From positions 1 through 64,000 of the forward strand of contig CAXKVF010000096.1 in NCBI GenBank assembly GCA_964057225.1: DNA of 64,000 nt, read 5' to 3'. The notes under the pieces were generated by a model, which saw only the letters and a program-made list of their open reading frames with translations, was not told the DNA's origin and ran no database searches. Shown piece by piece: positions 54,901 to 64,000 of this stretch. The stretch comes from Auanema rhodensis. Taxonomy: Eukaryota; Animalia; Nematoda. Position 1 is the stretch's first letter, and each line of letters opens with the position of its first letter. The translations under genes were made by a program, and so were the position numbers.

Positions 54901-57900
54901 ATTAAATGTACACGTGATGTGCACTTGGTATGTAACTCGCTTCACGTGAAAGATGAAGAGATGCGGTTTTCAAAATTAGATTCCCCATGTCCATATTAGT
55001 CTAAAAACAAATTTTTATTGATATTGGTTCATGGTAACCATGACTTTGAAATTTACGTGAACTTTAATTTATGCTAATTAAATGTACACGTGATGTGCAC
55101 TTGGTATGTAACTCGCTTCACGTGAAAGATAAAGAGATGCGGTTTTCAAAATTAGATTCTCCATGTCCATATTAGTCTAAAAACAAATTTTTATTGATAT
55201 TGGTTCATGGTAACCATGACTTTGAAATTTACGTGAACTTTAATTTATGCTAATTAAATGTACACGTGATGTGCACTTGGTATGTAACTCGCTTCACGTG
55301 AAAGATGAAGAGATGCGGTTTTCAAAATTAGATTCCCCATGTCCATATTAGTCTAAAAACAAATTTTTATTGATATTGGTTCATGGTAACCATGACTTTG
55401 AAATTTACGTGAACTTTAATTTATGCTAATTAAATGTACACGTGATGTGCACTTGGTATGTAACTCGCTTCACGTGAAAGATGAAGAGATGCGGTTTTCA
55501 AAATTAGATTCCCCATGTCCATATTAGTCTAAAAACAAATTTTTATTGATATTGGTTCATGGTAACCATGACTTTGAAATTTACGTGAACTTTAATTTAT
55601 GCTAATTAAATGTACACGTGATGTGCACTTGGTATGTAACTCGCTTCACGTGAAAGATAAAGAGATGCGGTTTTCAAAATTAGATTCTCCATGTCCATAT
55701 TAGTCTAAAAACAAATTTTTATTGATATTGGTTCATGGTAACCATGACTTTGAAATTTACGTGAACTTTAATTTATGCTAATTAAATGTACACGTGATGT
55801 GCACTTGGTATGTAACTCGCTTCACGTGAAAGATAAAGAGATGCGGTTTTCAAAATTAGATTCTCCATGTCCATATTAGTCTAAAAACAAATTTTTATTG
55901 ATATTGGTTCATGGTAACCATGACTTTGAAATTTACGTGAACTTTAATTTATGCTAATTAAATGTACACGTGATGTGCACTTGGTATGTAACTCGCTTCA
56001 CGTGAAAGATGAAGAGATGCGGTTTTCAAAATTAGATTCCCCATGTCCATATTAGTCTAAAAACAAATTTTTATTGATATTGGTTCATGGTAACCATGAC
56101 TTTGAAATTTACGTGAACTTTAATTTATGCTAATTAAATGTACACGTGATGTGCACTTGGTATGTAACTCGCTTCACGTGAAAGATGAAGAGATGCGGTT
56201 TTCAAAATTAGATTCCCCATGTCCATATTAGTCTAAAAACAAATTTTTATTGATATTGGTTCATGGTAACCATGACTTTGAAATTTACGTGAACTTTAAT
56301 TTATGCTAATTAAATGTACACGTGATGTGCACTTGGTATGTAACTCGCTTCACGTGAAAGATAAAGAGATGCGGTTTTCAAAATTAGATTCTCCATGTCC
56401 ATATTAGTCTAAAAACAAATTTTTATTGATATTGGTTCATGGTAACCATGACTTTGAAATTTACGTGAACTTTAATTTATGCTAATTAAATGTACACGTG
56501 ATGTGCACTTGGTATGTAACTCGCTTCACGTGAAAGATGAAGAGATGCGGTTTTCAAAATTAGATTCCCCATGTCCATATTAGTCTAAAAACAAATTTTT
56601 ATTGATATTGGTTCATGGTAACCATGACTTTGAAATTTACGTGAACTTTAATTTATGCTAATTAAATGTACACGTGATGTGCACTTGGTATGTAACTCGC
56701 TTCACGTGAAAGATGAAGAGATGCGGTTTTCAAAATTAGATTCCCCATGTCCATATTAGTCTAAAAACAAATTTTTATTGATATTGGTGCATGGTAACCA
56801 TGACTTTGAAATTTACGTGAACTTTAATTTATGCTAATTAAATGTACACGTGATGTGCACTTGGTATGTAACTCGCTTCACGTGAAAGATGAAGAGATGC
56901 GGTTTTCAAAATTAGATTCCCCATGTCCATATTAGTCTAAAAACAAATTTTTATTGATATTGGTTCATGGTAACCATGACTTTGAATTTTACGTGAACTT
57001 TAATTTATGCTAATTGAATGTACACGTGATGTGCACTTGGTATGTAACTCGCTTCACGTGAAAGATAAAGAGATGCGGTTTTCAAAATTAGATTCCCCAT
57101 GTCCATATTAGTCTAAAAACAAATTTTTATTGATATTGGTTCATGGTAACCATGACTTTGAAATTTACGTGAACTTTAATTTATGCTAATTAAATGTACA
57201 CGTGATGTGCACTTGGTATGTAACTCGCTTCACGTGAAAGATGAAGAGATGCGGTTTTCAAAATTAGATTCCCCATGTCCATATTAGTCTAAAAACAAAT
57301 TTTTATTGATATTGGTGCATGGTAACCATGACTTTGAAATTTACGTGAACTTTAATTTATGCTAATTAAATGTACACGTGATGTGCACTTGGTATGTAAC
57401 TCGCTTCACGTGAAAGATGAAGAGATGCGGTTTTCAAAATTAGATTCCCCATGTCCATATTAGTCTAAAAACAAATTTTTATTGATATTGGTTCATGGTA
57501 ACCATGACTTTGAAATTTACGTGAACTTTAATTTATGCTAATTAAATGTACACGTGATGTGCACTTGGTATGTAACTCGCTTCACGTGAAAGATAAAGAG
57601 ATGCGGTTTTCAAAATTAGATTCCCCATGTAAATATTAGTCTAAAAACAAATTTTTATTGATATTGGTGCATGGTAACCATGACTTTGAAATTTACGTGA
57701 ACTTTAATTTATGCTAATTAAATGTACACGTGATGTGCACTTGGTATGTAACTCGCTTCACGTGAAAGATAAAGAGATGCGGTTTTCAAAATTAGATTCC
57801 CCATGTCCATATTAGTCTAAAAACAAATTTTTATTGATATTGGTTCATGGTAACCATGACTTTGAAATTTACGTGAACTTTAATTTATGCTAATTAAATG

Positions 57901-60900
57901 TACACGTGATGTGCACTTGGTATGTAACTCGCTTCACGTGAAAGATAAAGAGATGCGGTTTTCAAAATTAGATTCCCCATGTCCATATTAGTCTAAAAAC
58001 AAATTTTTATTGATATTGGTTCATGGTAACCATGACTTTGAAATTTACGTGAACTTTAATTTATGCTAATTAAATGTACACGTGATGTGCACTTGGTATG
58101 TAACTCGCTTCACGTGAAAGATAAAGAGATGCGGTTTTCAAAATTAGATTCCCCATGTCCATATTAGTCTAAAAACAAATTTTTATTGATATTGGTGCAT
58201 GGTAACCATGACTTTGAAATTTACGTGAACTTTAATTTATGCTAATTAAATGTACACGTGATGTGCACTTGGTATGTAACTCGCTTCACGTGAAAGATGA
58301 AGAGATGCGGTTTTCAAAATTAGATTCCCCATGTCCATATTAGTCTAAAAACAAATTTTTATTGATATTGGTTCATGGTAACCATGACTTTGAAATTTAC
58401 GTGAACTTTAATTTATGCTAATTAAATGTACACGTGATGTGCACTTGGTATGTAACTCGCTTCACGTGAAAGATAAAGAGATGCGGTTTTCAAAATTAGA
58501 TTCCCCATGTCCATATTAGTCTAAAAACAAATTTTTATTGATATTGGTTCATGGTAACCATGACTTTGAAATTTACGTGAACTTTAATTTATGCTAATTA
58601 AATGTACACGTGATGTGCACTTGGTATGTAACTCGCTTCACGTGAAAGATGAAGAGATGCGGTTTTCAAAATTAGATTCCCCATGTCCATATTAGTCTAA
58701 AAACAAATTTTTATTGATATTGGTTCATGGTAACCATGACTTTGAATTTTACGTGAACTTTAATTTATGCTAATTGAATGTACACGTGATGTGCACTTGG
58801 TATGTAACTCGCTTCACGTGAAAGATAAAGAGATGCGGTTTTCAAAATTAGATTCCCCATGTCCATATTAGTCTAAAAACAAATTTTTATTGATATTGGT
58901 GCATGGTAACCATGACTTTGAAATTTACGTGAACTTTAATTTATGCTAATTAAATGTACACGTGATGTGCACTTGGTATGTAACTCGCTTCACGTGAAAG
59001 ATGAAGAGATGCGGTTTTCAAAATTAGATTCCCCATGTCCATATTAGTCTAAAAACAAATTTTTATTGATATTGGTTCATGGTAACCATGACTTTGAATT
59101 TTACGTGAACTTTAATTTATGCTAATTGAATGTACACGTGATGTGCACTTGGTATGTAACTCGCTTCACGTGAAAGATGAAGAGATGCGGTTTTCAAAAT
59201 TAGATTCCCCATGTCCATATTAGTCTAAAAACAAATTTTTATTGATATTGGTGCATGGTAACCATGACTTTGAAATTTACGTGAACTTTAATTTATGCTA
59301 ATTAAATGTACACGTGATGTGCACTTGGTATGTAACTCGCTTCACGTGAAAGATGAAGAGATGCGGTTTTCAAAATTAGATTCCCCATGTCCATATTAGT
59401 CTAAAAACAAATTTTTATCGATATTGGTTCATGGTAACCATGACTTTGAAATTTACGTGAACTTTAATTTATGCTAAATAAATGTACACGTGATGTGCAC
59501 TTGGTATGTAACTCGCTTCACGTGAAAGATAAAGAGATGCGGTTTTCAAAATTAGATTCCCCATGTCCATATTAGTCTAAAAACAAATTTTTATTGATAT
59601 TGGTTCATGGTAACCATGACTTTGAAATTTACGTGAACTTTAATTTATGCTAATTAAATGTACACGTGATGTGCACTTGGTATGTAACTCGCTTCACGTG
59701 AAAGATGAAGAGATGCGGTTTTCAAAATTAGATTCCCCATGTCCATATTAGTCTAAAAACAAATTTTTATTGATATTGGTTCATGGTAACCATGACTTTG
59801 AATTTTACGTGAACTTTAATTTATGCTAATTGAATGTACACGTGATGTGCACTTGGTATGTAACTCGCTTCACGTGAAAGATGAAGAGATGCGGTTTTCA
59901 AAATTAGATTCCCCATGTCCATATTAGTCTAAAAACAAATTTTTATTGATATTGGTGCATGGTAACCATGACTTTGAAATTTACGTGAACTTTAATTTAT
60001 GCTAATTAAATGTACACGTGATGTGCACTTGGTATGTAACTCGCTTCACGTGAAAGATGAAGAGATGCGGTTTTCAAAATTAGATTCCCCATGTCCATAT
60101 TAGTCTAAAAACAAATTTTTATCGATATTGGTTCATGGTAACCATGACTTTGAAATTTACGTGAACTTTAATTTATGCTAAATAAATGTACACGTGATGT
60201 GCACTTGGTATGTAACTCGCTTCACGTGAAAGATAAAGAGATGCGGTTTTCAAAATTAGATTCCCCATGTCCATATTAGTCTAAAAACAAATTTTTATTG
60301 ATATTGGTTCATGGTAACCATGACTTTGAAATTTACGTGAACTTTAATTTATGCTAATTAAATGTACACGTGATGTGCACTTGGTATGTAACTCGCTTCA
60401 CGTGAAAGATGAAGAGATGCGGTTTTCAAAATTAGATTCCTCATGTCCATATTAGTCTAAAAACAAATTTTTATTGATATTGGTGCATGGTAACCATGAC
60501 TTTGAAATTTACGTGAACTTTAATTTATGCTAATTAAATGTACACGTGATGTGCACTTGGTATGTAACTCGCTTCACGTGAAAGATGAAGAGATGCGGTT
60601 TTCAAAATTAGATTCCCCATGTCCATATTAGTCTAAAAACAAATTTTTATTGATATTGGTTCATGGTAACCATGACTTTGAAATTTACGTGAACTTTAAT
60701 TTATGCTAATTAAATGTACCCGTGATGTGCACTTGGTATGTAACTCGCTTCACGTGAAAGATAAAGAGATGCGGTTTTCAAAATTAGATTCCCCATGTCC
60801 ATATTAGTTTAAAAACAAATTTTTATCGATATTGGTTCATGGTAACCATGACTTTGAAATTTACGTGAACTTTAATTTATGCTAAATAAATGTACACGTG

Positions 60901-63900
60901 ATGTGCACTTGGTATGTAACTCGCTTCACGTGAAAGATAAAGAGATGCGGTTTTCAAAATTAGATTCCCCATGTCCATATTAGTCTAAAAACAAATTTTT
61001 ATTGATATTGGTTCATGGTAACCATGACTTTGAAATTTACGTGTACTTTAATTTATGCTAATTAAATGTACACGTGATGTGCACTTGGTATGTAACTCGC
61101 TTCACGTGAAAGATAAAGAGATGCGGTTTTCAAAATTAGATTCCCCATGTCCATATTAGTCTAAAAACAAATTTTTTTTGATATTGGTTCATGGTAACCA
61201 TGACTTTGAAATTTACGTGAACTTTAATTTATGCTAATTAAATGTACACGTGATGTGCACTTGGTATGTAACTCGCTTCACGTGAAAGATGAAGAGATGC
61301 GGTTTTCAAAATTAGATTCCCCATGTCCATATTAGTCTAAAAACAAATTTTTATTGATATTGGTTCATGGTAACCATGACTTTGAAATTTACGTGAACTT
61401 TAATTTATGCTAATTAAATGTACACGTGATGTGCACTTGGTATGTAACTCGCTTCACGTGAAAGATGAAGAGATGCGGTTTTCAAAATTAGATTCCCCAT
61501 GTCCATATTAGTCTAAAAACAAATTTTTATTGATATTGGTGCATGGTAACCATGACTTTGAAATTTACGTGAACTTTAATTTATGCTAATTAAATGTACA
61601 CGTGATGTGCACTTGGTATGTAACTCGCTTCACGTGAAAGATGAAGAGATGCGGTTTTCAAAATTAGATTCCCCATGTCCATATTAGTCTAAAAACAAAT
61701 TTTTATTGATATTGGTTCATGGTAACCATGACTTTGAAATTTACGTGAACTTTAATTTATGCTAATTAAATGTACACGTGATGTGCACTTGGTATGTAAC
61801 TCGCTTCACGTGAAAGATAAAGAGATGCGGTTTTCAAAATTAGATTCCCCATGTCCATATTAGTCTAAAAACAAATTTTTATTGATATTGGTTCATGGTA
61901 ACCATGACTTTGAATTTTACGTGAACTTTAATTTATGCTAATTGAATGTACACGTGATGTGCACTTGGTATGTAACTCGCTTCACGTGAAAGATAAAGAG
62001 ATGCGGTTTTCAAAATTAGATTCCCCATGTCCATATTAGTCTAAAAACAAATTTTTATTGATATTGGTGCATGGTAACCATGACTTTGAAATTTACGTGA
62101 ACTTTAATTTATGCTAATTAAATGTACACGTGATGTGCACTTGGTATGTAACTCGCTTCACGTGAAAGATGAAGAGATGCGGTTTTCAAAATTAGATTCC
62201 CCATGTCCATATTAGTCTAAAAACAAATTTTTATTGATATTGGTTCATGGTAACCATGACTTTGAAATTTACGTGAACTTTAGTTTATGCTAATTAAATG
62301 TACACGTGATGTGCACTTGGTATGTAACTCGCTTCACGTGAAAGATAAAGAGATGCGGTTTTCAAAATTAGATTCCCCATGTCCATATTAGTCTAAAAAC
62401 AAATTTGTATTGATATTGGTTCATGGTAACCATGACTTTGAAATTTACGTGTACTTTAATTTATGCTAATTAAATGTACACGTGATGTGCACTTGGTATG
62501 TAACTCGCTTCACGTGAAAGATAAAGAGATGCGGTTTTCAAAATTAGATTCCCCATGTCCAAATTAGTCTAAAAACAAATTTTTATTGATATTGGTTCAT
62601 GGTAACCATGACTTTGAATTTTACGTGAACTTTAATTTATGCTAATTAAATGTACACGTGATGTGCACTTGGTATGTAACTCGCTTCACGTGAAAGATAA
62701 AGAGATGCGGTTTTCAAAATTAGATTCCCCATGTCCATATTAGTCTAAAAACAAATTTTTATTGATATTGGTTCATGGTAACCATGACTTTGAAATTTAC
62801 GTGAACTTTAATTTATGCTAATTAAATGTACACGTGATGTACACTTGGTATGTAACTCGCTTCACGTGAAAGATAAAGAGATGCGGTTTTCAAAATTAGA
62901 TTCCCCATGTCCATATTAGTCTAAAAACAAATTTTTATTGATATTGGTTCATGGTAACCATGACTTTGAAATTTACGTGAACTTTAATTTATGCTAATTA
63001 AATGTACACGTGATGTGCACTTGGTATGTAACTCGCTTCACGTGAAAGATAAAGAGATGCGGTTTTCAAAATTAGATTCCCCATGTCCATATTAGTCTAA
63101 AAACAAATTTGTATTGATATTGGTTCATGGTAACCATGACTTTGAAATTTACGTGTAATTTAATTTATGCTAATTAAATGTACACGTGATGTGCACTTGG
63201 TATGTAACTCGCTTCACGTGAAAGATAAAGAGATGAGGTTTTCAAAATTAGATTCCCCATGTCCAAATTAGTCTAAAAACAAATTTTTATTGATATTGGT
63301 TCATGGTAACCATGACTTTGAATTTTACGTGAACTTTAATTTATGCTAATTAAATGTACACGTGATGTGCACTTGGTATGTAACTCGCTTCACGTGAAAG
63401 ATAAAGAGATGCGGTTTTCAAAATTAGATTCCCCATGTCCATATTAGTCTAAAAACAAATTTTTATTGATATTGGTGCATGGTAACCATGACTTTGAAAT
63501 TTACGTGAACTTTAATTTATGCTAATTAAATGTACACGTGATGTACACTTGGTATGTAACTCGCTTCACGTGAAAGATAAAGAGATGCGGTTTTCAAAAT
63601 TAGATTCCCCATGTCCATATTAGTCTAAAAACAAATTTTTATTGATATTGGTTCATGGTAACCATGACTTTGAAATTTACGTGAACTTTAATTTATGCTA
63701 ATTAAATGTACACGTGATGTGCACTTGGTATGTAACTCGCTTCACGTGAAAGATAAAGAGATGCGGTTTTCAAAATTAGATTCCCCATGTCCATATTAGT
63801 CTAAAAACAAATTTTTTTTGATATTGGTTCATGGTAACCATGACTTTGAAATTTACGTGAACTTTAATTTATGCTAATTAAATGTACACGTGATGTGCAC

Positions 63901-64000
63901 TTGGTATGTAACTCGCTTTACGTGAAAGATAAAGAGATGCGGTTTTCAAAATTAGATTCCCTATGTCCATATTAGTCTAAAAACAAATTTTTATTGATAT
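51915..64000 (+). repeat. 'GATGAA' (pos49 A>G) / 'GGTGC' (pos123 T>G) subfamily domain with short 3-4-mer duplications
   Basis: Markers are GATGAA, GGTGC, AATTGAA, ATTCTCC and ATCGAT/CTAAATA. I did not see pos121C after about 51.5 kb. Confidence 0.85.

Larger units (their letters stand above)
1..64000 (+). repeat. 176-bp tandem satellite DNA array (about 363 monomers), putatively centromeric/pericentromeric; extends to both window edges
   Basis: Seen directly: TGTACACGTG recurs every 176 bp (6511 to 7391 = 5x176; 14780 to 49980 = 200x176; 50331 to 63531 = 75x176). There is no non-repeat sequence anywhere. The centromeric role is inferred only from monomer size, AT content and homogeneity. 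Confidence 0.99.

Noticed and set aside
1-64000. CRISPR array or a CRISPR-like repeat-spacer system
   Set aside because: Palindromic motifs recur regularly, but the sequence between them is the same in every unit. There are no unique spacers, no leader and no cas genes.
1-64000. Tandem 5S rRNA, tRNA, snRNA or spliced-leader gene array
   Set aside because: I see no 5S or tRNA internal promoter boxes, cloverleaf or recognisable snRNA/SL sequence in the monomer. An Rfam/Infernal scan would settle it.
1-64000. Identity with known satellites of about 176 bp (Brassica CentBr, honeybee AluI repeat, Arabidopsis CEN178, primate alpha satellite)
   Set aside because: Only the length is similar. The monomer has no AGCT/AAGCTT site, I found no canonical CENP-B box, and I recognise no sequence similarity.
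1-64000. Pure sequencing concatemer or rolling-circle artefact
   Set aside because: Ordered, nested, shared SNP haplotypes with private differences between copies indicate a real evolved array.
14780-64000. SNP pattern as an information-storing code or programmed diversification system
   Set aside because: The order of alleles is adequately explained by nested duplication and unequal exchange. There is no associated enzyme gene or template.

Overview
The whole 64 kb window is one uninterrupted, head-to-tail, single-orientation satellite array of a 176-bp monomer (about 363 copies, about 32% GC by my count of the consensus). Consensus: TGTACACGTGATGTGCACTTGGTATGTAACTCGCTTCACGTGAAAGATAAAGAGATGCGGTTTTCAAAATTAGATTCCCCATGTCCATATTAGTCTAAAAACAAATTTTTATTGATATTGGTTCATGGTAACCATGACTTTGAAATTTACGTGAACTTTAATTTATGCTAATTAAA. 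I found no genes, RNA genes, transposon insertions, inversions or CRISPR spacers. The nucleosome-sized monomer, AT richness, very high identity (0-5 substitutions per unit) and dense dyad symmetries fit a eukaryotic centromeric or pericentromeric satellite. That is an inference, and I do not recognise the family or organism. The informative structure lies in the pattern of SNP alleles, which I read by eye. It shows (i) allele-defined domains with a sharp boundary near 51.9 kb, (ii) nested, irregular, low-copy higher-order duplications (2-, 3-, 4-, 5-, 9-, 14/15-, 16- and 35-monomer offsets), (iii) recombinant monomers, (iv) a multi-allelic hotspot beside a 15-bp palindrome, and (v) a bias of doublet substitutions towards AA. 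I see no evidence here for a new protein-based system. Monomer positions (pos) are numbered from the first T of TGTACA.
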